From a virus (Duplodnaviria > Caudoviricetes): 59,528 nt of DNA. Below, in pieces: positions 43,508 through 53,100 of this stretch; within the stretch, counting starts at the first letter, position 1; every line of letters begins with the position of its first letter. The stretch is from positions 1-59,528 of IMG/VR virus record IMGVR_UViG_3300022822_000020; one strand, written 5' to 3'. Position numbers and translations under genes: made by a program. The notes beneath the pieces were generated by a model. It did no database searches and had not been told where the DNA came from. It saw only the letters and a program-made list of their open reading frames with translations.

Positions 43508-43523
43508 TTAAGGAGAAAGAAGA

Positions 43524-46500
43524 ATGGCAGTTCAAATTCAAGTCCGTTCGGATTCCTCGCAAGCACAGGTAGATTTAAAGAAACTAGAATCATCACTAAA
43601 GTCGGTACAAACCAGCGCGGAAAGTATCAACAAATCAATTAGTGGATTAGCAACTGCAACTAAAGTAGCTTTTGCCGCTTTACCTATTGCTGCTATCGGA
43701 ACCGCCGCTATCAGAACAGCAGCTAGCTTTGAGACATTAAATGCTAGACTCGTTACAGCTACAGGCAGTACAACTAGGGCAGTACAAGCCTTTAGTGCCG
43801 TACAAAAGATTGTTGCTGCTACCCCCTATAGCGTTAGGGCATTAACTGACGCATACGCAAGACTTGCTACAACAGGTAGTAGAGCCTTTGCTAGTCAAGC
43901 ACAAATTGAAAGAGGTATTCAGAATATCTCTGATGCCGTTGCCGCCGTAGGTGGTGGTGACGTAGAACTAAATAGAGTTGCTGTAGCCTTTGAAAGAATG
44001 GCTTCAGAAGGTCGTCTAACCGCTGAACGACTCAACCAAATTACTGACGCAGGTATCCCGCTAACTAAAATTGCGGATGCTATGGGTATATCAATGGGCG
44101 CATTGAGAAAAGAGAGTGAAAAAGGTAATTTGACCTTTGAAAAATTCTACAAAGCTTTTCAAAGTGTAGCGGAAGCAGCTGATGGTTTTGGTGGAGCAGC
44201 TTCAAGACAAGTTAATACGCTTAACGGCGCGTTCTCTAACTTAGGTGATGCTATTGCCATTACACAAGATAAGATGATACGTCAATCAGGGGTCTCTAAG
44301 ATTCTTGTTAAAGGTATACAGTCAATTACGCAGAGCTTCCTTAACTTCGCTGATGGTCTAGAATTCTCAGTAGCTAAGGGCTTATTTAATATTGCATTAT
44401 TTTACGATAATGCACGTTTAATACTTCTCGATATTGGTAAGCTATTTAATGAGTATGCAGGGAAGGCAATTTCTTTCCTCCCTGATATCACTATCGATAC
44501 TGACACTATTATATCTGATATACGAGGTGCTCTTTCTCGTATAGATATTAGTGGTTCAGTTAAAGCCTATGCTATGAAACTTTCTGATTTCTTACCCGGT
44601 TTAGATACAGTACTAGCACTCATTTCAAAGTTTGGTCAAGCAGTTAAAGATATATTTTATAATATTTGGGATGCTGTAGTCGGGAACTCTTACTGGCCTG
44701 ATTTAATTGAAGATATTACTATGTGGGCAGGTAAGCTCCTCGATATGGTGAAACCTCACCTTGAGAAGTTTAAGGCTTATGTATTTGACATATTTACAGG
44801 ACTACGCACTGAGTTCAATAAGCTTTTCAAAGATATTTCAATTAAAATTGGTGTATCCGCAAATACGGGTGTTCTTAAAGAAGTAAACAGCTACGTTAAA
44901 CGTATTAATGATAGCTTAGGTGAGTTAACAGAAAACGCTAAGAAAAGCGAGTTAGTTAAAAGGTTGTTTAAAGAGGTAAACAACGGTACTAGCGGATTAC
45001 TTGATATCTATAACAAACTAGCAGCTAATAATGAATTTAACGCTTTACGTATATCATTTAATGCGGTTACTGTTGCTATAGGTGAGGGCTTGATTCCTCG
45101 GTTACTAGGCTTAGTTGGAGTCATAGCTGGTTTTCTTAAACTAGACACTGCTCAGTTAAAGCTAAGTATGACTGGTTTTATTGATAAGGTAAATATCGAA
45201 GGTGTTGGTACAGAAAAACTTAAAGCAGCAAAAGCAGTAATTGAGAGTTCATTATCAAGTGTTACTGACGCTACTGACGAGTTCAATAAAAAGGCTTCTA
45301 GCGGTTTGCTTGGATTTGAGACACCGGGTAAAATACTAGACTCTATCGGTACTACTATTGGTAGGGTGATGTCTCAAGCTTTTCTTGGGGCTACAAAAGA
45401 AAATGAGCTACAGCTTGCCGATATTTTCTCTTTAGCACTTGCTTTTGCTCTCAGTAAAGGTTTCCGTAATTTAGTTATAACTGGTGCTATTATAAAACTA
45501 GTTATTGGTGATCAGGGATTAAGCGAAGCCCTGAGTAAGATTTATACTTTAATCTCAGACTTCGGTAACAAGGTACTCGCCGGTGCAGGTATCTCTGGTT
45601 GGGTTGGTGGCGATATCCCCGGATTCCTTGCTGGCCTAATATTTGGTGGATTAACCCTCGCAGTAGTAAGTGGAAAGTTAACCCCTATTCTATTAGCAAT
45701 TTCTAAAGCAATTGCGTTAAGACTATTCTTACCTAGCCTAATTAACCCTGAAACAGAAGCTAAAGAAGTAGGAAAAGCTAAAACACTTGGTCAGAAGATG
45801 GGTGGTGCTTTCCGTGGGTCATTCTCTATTGCTGGCGGTTTAGCAGGTACACTTATTGGTGGTCACCTATCAGAGGCGGCCTTAAACGCCTTTGGTGTAA
45901 AAGACCCGCTTACTCGTGCTGGTGTTGAGCTCGGTACAATTATTGGTACAGCAATGGCTTTTAGTACTATTGCCGCCTTTGCCGCTAGCAAGATTATTGC
46001 AAGTGGTGCTTGGTTATTAGCTGCTTTTTCATTACCTGTTATTAAAGCTGTTCTAACTAGATTAGCATTAAGCACCTTATTACTCGGTGCTTTATTTCCC
46101 AGTGTAAGTATTGTAACAACTGCTGTCGGTTCGTTATTAGCGACTATTGCTGCAGGTCTCTCCGCCCCTGTTATTCTTGCTGCACTAGGTATTGCTGCTG
46201 GTGGCTTCTTACTTTGGAATATTTTCTTTGGTGAAGAAGGCTCTTGGGGTTCTAAGCTCCAAACATTCTTAGCAACTGATGTTATCTCCCCAATTGTTTC
46301 TGCTTTAGATACCGCTTTTGCATTTATTGAAGCTAAGTTTAATGCTTTAAAAGCTACTGTTAAGGATTTCTTTTCATTTGGCTCTAGTCAAGGTGGTACA
46401 GGTGGTGGATTAATAATGCCAGAAGGCTATGCCACTGGCGGTAAAATCTCTGGTCCCGGTACTGGTACTTCTGACTCTATTCTTGCTCGTTTGTCTAATG

Positions 46501-48704
46501 GTGAATACGTAGTTAATGCTAAGGCAACTGCAAGTAACCGTGGACTTTTAGAACGTATTAACGGTGGTCTTCCCGCTTTTGCAGAAGGTGGTGTTGTCGG
46601 TAAACCTAAGAACCCTAATTTAACAGAAGTTTCTTTTCCTTATCTTGACCCTGACTTTACTGACAATCAATTAAATTTAATAAATTCATTGGGCGACTTT
46701 GGTTTTAAGACGAAGTTATCGTTAGCTGCTGGATTAGGTACTGCCCAAAAAGAGGCGGGTGCAGATCTAAGTCAACTTACAGAAGATACTGGTGATGGTA
46801 CTGGTTTATTTAGTAGTAAATATAGAACTTTACTTGCAAAGTATAAAGAACATGGTATTGATAAGAGTAAAGGTGTTTGGGCTGTTTCTTTCTTCAGAGA
46901 TATCGATAAAAAGTTTAAAGATAAACCTGTAACTGAAAGAGATGATTACCTTAGTAAATTACTGGTAAAAGATTTTCTAGGTTTTCAATACATGAAAGTT
47001 GGCGCTGGTAACCTAACTGCACAAGATGGTTGGGACTTCAGGGGTAGGGGCTGGTTACAATATACGGGCCGAGATGTCTACGATAATATTGGTTACTTGT
47101 CTGATCCTGGGTTACTAGGTAGTTCAATTGATGCTAACATAACTGCGTTACCTAAATATCTAAATTATAAAAAATTATCAGCTGATAAAGTAAATGCGTT
47201 AAAAACCGTTTCAGAAATATCACGCACATTAAACCGTGCAGTAAACCCGGGCAAGCCTTCGGACGCTAATAAGGTGGCTAGCTTTGCAACATCCAACCTT
47301 AAAAAGTTTGCCACAGGTGGAGCTATATCCGGTCCCGGTAATGGTACTTCAGACTCTATATTAGCCAGACTATCTAACGGTGAATATGTTGTTAATGCTA
47401 AAGCAACAGCTAATAACCGTAATCTACTCGAGCGCATTAATGCCGGTCTTCCTGCTTTTGCTCAAGGTGGTGGTGTTAACATGTCTAACCTTGCTGCTGC
47501 AACTGGTGGTGACTTGAATAGGTATGATTTCAGTAAGTTAACATCTCAAGAAGTCATAAAGCTAAATAAACAAATTACGGATTTGTTACAAGCTCAAAAG
47601 AGTGCAGATGATCAGTTACTACGCTCAGGTAAGGTTCAAGAGTACACACAAAAAGCATTAGATAACCTTAATGAGGTAACTACTAACCAACTTGTGCAGT
47701 ACATGAAACCTACACCAGAACTCCTTAAAGCAATTCGTGATGACGCTAGGTCAACTAAGTCAAAAGAAATAGGTACAAATGCAGTAGGTGGTTTAAAGTC
47801 AGACTTTAGCGCAAACTTGCTAAGTTTGATTAAAGGCGAAAGTGACTTTAGTACTTTTGGTGATTCCCTTCTAAACTCTATTACAAGTAAAATTACTGAG
47901 ACTACAGTGAGTGGATTTACTGAAGGTTTGTTTAGTGTACTTACAGCACCTTTAGAATCCTTTTTCTCAGGTAGCGCAGATAACGCGATGGGTGCGGGTA
48001 GTGGCTTTGGGGGATTAATCAGCGGAGTATTTGGTGGTGCGGCTTCCAGTAAACCAACGGGTACAGTTGATAATCCAACAGTTACGCAAGATGTTAACGA
48101 TGTCAAATCAAAACTTAGTTCAATTAAGGCAGATGATGAAAAGAGTTCTCTGGTTGCAGTAGTAACGGATAAGCTTTCTTCTGCATTTGATAGCTTAAAG
48201 AATGGCTTTAGTACCTTATTTCCTGAATTAAGCAAATCATTAAGCGGTATGTTTGATGGTTTAATGTCTATTCTTGGCGGTGGCAGCGGCGGCGGCGGCT
48301 CAGGTATACTTGGCTTAATTAGCACAGGACTGTCTATCTACTCAGGCTTCTCCGCAGGGGCAGCTACCTCCTCACTCGCTAGTACCAGCTACAGTATCGC
48401 CCCTGCTTCTACAGGCGGTATGGGCTTTAAGCTAAAAGCGTTTGCTGATGGTGGTGTGGTTCCGGGTAATTACGGTCAAGCAACTCCTGTTATCGCTCAC
48501 GCTGGAGAGGTTATTCTTAACCAAGCTCAACAGTCTCGCGTAGCTGCTGCAATGCAAGGTGGATCTTCAAATGGTCAACAACAAGTTAGTATCAATATTA
48601 CTGGTGATATTAGCCAACAAACTCGTAGGGAGATTCTAATGATGAGTCCGCAAATTGCTGATATGGTTAGAAACAACTTTATGGAAAAGAGGATATTAAC
48701 ATAA
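43524..48704 (+). CDS. Tape measure protein with GH19-like hydrolase insert
   Basis: 1726 aa; N-terminal tape-measure motifs (TPYSV..LT.AY), hydrophobic middle, duplicated GPGTGTSDSI module, DGWDFRGRGWLQYTGR. Confidence 0.9.
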   Translation: MAVQIQVRSDSSQAQVDLKKLESSLKSVQTSAESINKSISGLATATKVAFAALPIAAIGTAAIRTAASFETLNARLVTATGSTTRAVQAFSAVQKIVAATPYSVRALTDAYARLATTGSRAFASQAQIERGIQNISDAVAAVGGGDVELNRVAVAFERMASEGRLTAERLNQITDAGIPLTKIADAMGISMGALRKESEKGNLTFEKFYKAFQSVAEAADGFGGAASRQVNTLNGAFSNLGDAIAITQDKMIRQSGVSKILVKGIQSITQSFLNFADGLEFSVAKGLFNIALFYDNARLILLDIGKLFNEYAGKAISFLPDITIDTDTIISDIRGALSRIDISGSVKAYAMKLSDFLPGLDTVLALISKFGQAVKDIFYNIWDAVVGNSYWPDLIEDITMWAGKLLDMVKPHLEKFKAYVFDIFTGLRTEFNKLFKDISIKIGVSANTGVLKEVNSYVKRINDSLGELTENAKKSELVKRLFKEVNNGTSGLLDIYNKLAANNEFNALRISFNAVTVAIGEGLIPRLLGLVGVIAGFLKLDTAQLKLSMTGFIDKVNIEGVGTEKLKAAKAVIESSLSSVTDATDEFNKKASSGLLGFETPGKILDSIGTTIGRVMSQAFLGATKENELQLADIFSLALAFALSKGFRNLVITGAIIKLVIGDQGLSEALSKIYTLISDFGNKVLAGAGISGWVGGDIPGFLAGLIFGGLTLAVVSGKLTPILLAISKAIALRLFLPSLINPETEAKEVGKAKTLGQKMGGAFRGSFSIAGGLAGTLIGGHLSEAALNAFGVKDPLTRAGVELGTIIGTAMAFSTIAAFAASKIIASGAWLLAAFSLPVIKAVLTRLALSTLLLGALFPSVSIVTTAVGSLLATIAAGLSAPVILAALGIAAGGFLLWNIFFGEEGSWGSKLQTFLATDVISPIVSALDTAFAFIEAKFNALKATVKDFFSFGSSQGGTGGGLIMPEGYATGGKISGPGTGTSDSILARLSNGEYVVNAKATASNRGLLERINGGLPAFAEGGVVGKPKNPNLTEVSFPYLDPDFTDNQLNLINSLGDFGFKTKLSLAAGLGTAQKEAGADLSQLTEDTGDGTGLFSSKYRTLLAKYKEHGIDKSKGVWAVSFFRDIDKKFKDKPVTERDDYLSKLLVKDFLGFQYMKVGAGNLTAQDGWDFRGRGWLQYTGRDVYDNIGYLSDPGLLGSSIDANITALPKYLNYKKLSADKVNALKTVSEISRTLNRAVNPGKPSDANKVASFATSNLKKFATGGAISGPGNGTSDSILARLSNGEYVVNAKATANNRNLLERINAGLPAFAQGGGVNMSNLAAATGGDLNRYDFSKLTSQEVIKLNKQITDLLQAQKSADDQLLRSGKVQEYTQKALDNLNEVTTNQLVQYMKPTPELLKAIRDDARSTKSKEIGTNAVGGLKSDFSANLLSLIKGESDFSTFGDSLLNSITSKITETTVSGFTEGLFSVLTAPLESFFSGSADNAMGAGSGFGGLISGVFGGAASSKPTGTVDNPTVTQDVNDVKSKLSSIKADDEKSSLVAVVTDKLSSAFDSLKNGFSTLFPELSKSLSGMFDGLMSILGGGSGGGGSGILGLISTGLSIYSGFSAGAATSSLASTSYSIAPASTGGMGFKLKAFADGGVVPGNYGQATPVIAHAGEVILNQAQQSRVAAAMQGGSSNGQQQVSINITGDISQQTRREILMMSPQIADMVRNNFMEKRILT
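46431..47472 (+). repeat. Direct repeats (~46431-46592 and ~47310-47472) encoding ATGG.ISGPG.GTSDSILARLSNGEYVVNAKATA.NR.LLERIN.GLPAFA.GG
   Basis: Near-identical ~54-aa segments in the translation. Confidence 0.85.
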
Positions 48705-49306
48705 TGAGTACATATGAATTTTTAGGGAAATACCCTTATTTAACGCCTTTATCGATTACTTCGAATGAAGCAACACTGACATTTGATTCGCTAAACTTAA
48801 GACGCAAAGTTGTTAAAAAGAATGCTCAAAGATTTGAATTTGTTATTACTGTATCAGGGGGTCAGCGAGATACACTTCATGCTGACCTCATGGCTAATTG
48901 GTTAACGTATGGAGCCTCTATACCCTTCACTATTGAAGTACCGCAGCATCTTTATACAGATAATAAAACAGAAATAGCAACAGTAATCACAAATGTTGGC
49001 CAGTATAATGCTGGATCCTCTAGTATAACTATCACTTCTAATAGTAGTTATAAAATACCAGCAGGCCGTTTTATTAGATTTTCAAACCATAACAAGATAT
49101 ACGTTACTAAAAATAGTGTAGAGGTTAACTCTGGTGTTTCGATACTAGAGATTTCACCCTCATTAACTACTTTACTAGCTAGCACTACTACAGTGCTAGC
49201 TACGGATATACTAGCTACTGTTTTAAATGAACCAGAAAACTCTGTGTTTACATATGAGAGTGGCGTTATTCAGTCGGCAACTTTAAAGTTTATTGAAAAA
49301 ATTTAA
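48704..49306 (+). CDS. Probable distal/minor tail protein
   Basis: Immediately after the tape measure; GRFIRFSNHNKIY motif. Confidence 0.65.
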   Translation: MSTYEFLGKYPYLTPLSITSNEATLTFDSLNLRRKVVKKNAQRFEFVITVSGGQRDTLHADLMANWLTYGASIPFTIEVPQHLYTDNKTEIATVITNVGQYNAGSSSITITSNSSYKIPAGRFIRFSNHNKIYVTKNSVEVNSGVSILEISPSLTTLLASTTTVLATDILATVLNEPENSVFTYESGVIQSATLKFIEKI

Positions 49307-49310
49307 GTTA

Positions 49311-49592
49311 ATGCAAGAGTTTGTTATTAAATGGACAGGAGATAAGGATATGCCAATGTGCTATTCTTATTTCTATGTCCCTGCTACAAAATCAGTTTTA
49401 AGAAGATACAAAGATGAAATCAAGAGACTTTGCATAGAAAACAACTATCCTGTTGTTTACTGCGTAGAGCCTTTTGATGACATCGATTTAAATAAGTTTG
49501 TTACAAAGATTGGCTTTAGGAAAGTCAGAAGCTTTTGTAAAGATAAACAATTTTTTAATTTATATAGGATGGATACAAGATGCTACAAGTGA
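49311..49592 (+). CDS. Small hypothetical protein, possibly degenerate GNAT-like fold
   Basis: Track ORF 49293..49592 (ATG 49311); VYC...KFVTKIGFRKV. Confidence 0.5.
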   Translation: MQEFVIKWTGDKDMPMCYSYFYVPATKSVLRRYKDEIKRLCIENNYPVVYCVEPFDDIDLNKFVTKIGFRKVRSFCKDKQFFNLYRMDTRCYK

Positions 49593-50134
49593 GTCAAACA
49601 CTTTTATCTGCAATAAATAACCCTACAATGATTGCCTACTTTTTAGTTAAGGTAGGTAATTCTTTTGGTGTTACAGATGCACCATATGATATTGAGTATA
49701 GTAGTTTCAGCTACTCAGCTGATGGCGGCTTAGCTTCAATCTCACCACCAAAAGCAGAATCAGAAATATCAAGGGATTTATTTGAGATACAGTTAGGTGA
49801 CGTCACAGGCATTTACCGCGAATTCTTTGATAGTCAAAGCGTAGGTATTCCAATTGAAGTTTTATGTGGATTTATCGACACTGAGCTAGGTTCGCCTATA
49901 GGGGAATACTTACCTGTTTATGTAGGTAAAGTAAGCAAAATTAGCTGGTCTACTAATGCTAATTCACCCATGGTAGTAGTACAGAGTTCAGGACCTTTAA
50001 CGAAGTTAAAGCAAGTAACTGAGAGGTCTACAAACTCTTCTAACCAACAACTTTATTACCCGGCGGATACCTCTATGGACTATGCATATAATGCTACTAA
50101 CGAAGCAACAATCAAATGGGGGGGTACTACATAA
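49580..50134 (+). CDS. Minor tail tip protein (DUF2163/gpL-like)
   Basis: TDAPYDI..Y.ADG.L, QQLYYPADT, IKWG; upstream of the J-like gene. Confidence 0.65.
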   Translation: MLQVSQTLLSAINNPTMIAYFLVKVGNSFGVTDAPYDIEYSSFSYSADGGLASISPPKAESEISRDLFEIQLGDVTGIYREFFDSQSVGIPIEVLCGFIDTELGSPIGEYLPVYVGKVSKISWSTNANSPMVVVQSSGPLTKLKQVTERSTNSSNQQLYYPADTSMDYAYNATNEATIKWGGTT

Positions 50135-53100
50135 TGAGTGTAGAAACAATCATCATTCTTCAGATTTTATTTACAGCTGCCTCAATAGTATACCAACAAG
50201 AACAAGCGAAAAAGATGAGGGAAGCCGCCAAAGATAGGGCGGCGACAAGGAATGTAAGGGTATCAGGGTCAAATAACCCAATTCCAATAGTATACGGTTA
50301 TTGTCGCATCAGCAATCCAATTAATGTTTTTACAAACACAAGCAGTACATTTAAGTTACCAACCGTTTCAAATGAAACAGCACTTGGTGATTTGACAGCT
50401 TTCAATGGTGATAGGAATGAAACACTTATTACCCAGCATGTACTCAGCTCTGCTGAATTGTCTAAGGTAGTTTGGGCAGACATTGATGATGTTACATTTG
50501 ACGATACTAAGTATAAAGCTTATTATAAGAGCTATGTAAATAAGTCGGGAAATAGTACCTTGTCTTCTTCGACATTGGGTAGATTATCGACCGCTACCTT
50601 TAATAATCTAGCTTATTCTACCGAATTCTTTAAGATGAATAGGGACGAACCGCAGTACCAAGGTAAGCCTAACGTTGCATACTATGTACAAGGTAAGAAG
50701 ATCAGAACTATAACAAATGGTGTACTGTCTACTTCAAGAGTATTCAGCAATAACACTGTATTGGTTTTATTAGACTATCTATTAGATGCCGAGTTTGGGC
50801 CGGGTATGTCCCTTAGCGACATAGACTTGAATAGCTTTGAAACAGCAATTTTAGTTGCAAATCAAGTGGTTAGAGCTAATGCAGAAGTTGGTGGTAAAAT
50901 TTACGAAAAACAGGAGATTACAACTCGTAATATTCTACGTCATGAATTTAACGGTACGATTTACCCAGACAAGGATCATGCAGCTAACATTGCAGAAATA
51001 TTAAATCCTGTTGTAGGTTGTATACTATTTCGGTCTTCTACTGGTAAATTAAAGTTAAGTGTACCAAACCCTGAAGTCTCTACTATTTCTCAAGTAGTAG
51101 GTACTATCAATGATACATATCTTATTGATGATATTAACTATAGTCAGTCTGACACAAACGCAAGAGCTAACCAAGTTAAAGTAGCTTACGCAAACAGTAA
51201 GAAAGATTTCGCCGCAGATTCCTACGAAGAAACAAATACAGTATACAAATCTCAGGATAACAATGTCCCACTAATTGCAGACATCAATTACAACGGTGTT
51301 ACAAATGTATATCAAGCAGAAGGTATTGCTAAAGTAACTATGAATGAATCACGAGTTTCGACTTATTCATTTAAAACTTCTCATGAGTGTTTAATATACG
51401 AACCCGGAGATATCGTTCTGTTAAGTAGTGACTTTAACGACTTATCACGCTATATCCGGATTACTAACATCAAGATGAATAGGGATTTTACGTTAGATTT
51501 TGAAGGATTAGATTACGATAGCTCAATCTACAGTTATACTTCTTCTGCTGTTGAATTACCTTACTATAAGAGTGATTTTAATTTTCAATTAGATCCGCCA
51601 AAGAATATTACTGTAACACCTAATGAAACAGGAAACAGTGCTTTTGGTATTGCTCGGCTAGATTGGGAACCCCCTGAGTCTGGGTTTCCATCAAGATATA
51701 TTATAGAATATACCACCGCTTTAAATCCAACTAAGTATGTTGTATTTGGAGAATCACTTGATACTAGCTTTAATATTAACGGCCTTAGATCTGGGAGTTA
51801 TATATTTCATGTAAGATCGAGGAGTTTAATAGGAAAAGTCTCAGCGAGGTCATCTACTCCACTTTTAAACTTTTCACCAAAGCCTCCTTTAAACTTAACC
51901 TTTACTCCAAACTTTGAGGGAGTATACGAGAAAGGTTCTGGTGTACTTTCTTGGATTACCTCTACTGATACTTTCTTTAGGAGATTTTTAGTAGAGTACT
52001 CAGACGGTACAACTGCTAGAAAACGGCTGGGCTATACCACTGATACTGAATTTGTTATTGACCTTGGAGTAGGTACATACAATTTTTATGTTAGCTCTGA
52101 AAGTTTTTCAGGAGAAATATCAGAAAGTTCAAACCTAGAAAGTAAGGTTATTTTAATCGGTGCCCCTAGAAACTTAACTTTTGAATTAAATAATTTTGTT
52201 AATCAAACACAAAGTATGATTGTTGGAACATTACAGTGGGAATCACCTACTAGCTATATTCCTAATCGTTATATTATCGAATACAGATTGCCATCTTCTA
52301 ATGAATATAAACGGCTAGGTAATGCAACAGGTTTGACATTTGAAGTTTCGGGTCTAACTGTAGGTACCTATGTCTTTTCAGTAAGATCAGAGTCAGTAAG
52401 GGGCTTGTTATCTGAAAGAATAGAGAATATCGCTACTGACTTATCTGTTCCAAATGTAGATAATTTAAGTTATGTAAGAAATACAACTAATAGCTCTGCA
52501 AAAGGGCTTGGTGTATTATCGTGGGATCCCCCTGCCAATTATAGGGCAAAGCAGTATCTAGTTGAGTATACTGATTCTGATAATAATACACTTGAATATG
52601 CAATAACTAAATCCAATTCTGTTATTCTTAAAGGTATAGATAAAGGCACTTATAATTTTATAGTTAAAACAGAGTCTTTTACAGGAGATTTCTCTCTTGA
52701 TAATAACTCGTTAAATATTATCTTTTCAACACCTATAGTAACAGATTTAGCTTTCTTATACGATTTAAACGATACTGATTTAACTTCAGTAGGTACCCTT
52801 CGTTGGTTTGCACCAAAAGATACGGGTATTGATAGATATCTAATTAGTGATCGTTTATCAAATTCAGAAAATGAATTTATTATTCTAGGGGAATCTAAAG
52901 TTACATTCTTTAAGCTTGGAACATTAAAATCAAGCCTTTATGATTTTTCAGTTATTGCAGTAGATGTAAACGGTTTAGAGTCTAGTCCTGTATTGGTTAC
53001 AAATATTAATCTTTTTGTACCGAGTCCTACAAATATATTCGTTGTAGAAAATACTTCTAGAAGAACAGATCTTGGTTCAGGGACACTTAGCTGGTCTGTA

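Noticed and set aside
50118-50124. G7 run as a -1 frameshift fusing the gpL-like gene to the J-like gene
   Set aside because: The -1 frame is open, but G GGG GGT is an atypical slippery site, it is explained by Trp-Gly-Gly codons, and J has its own TAATG-coupled start.
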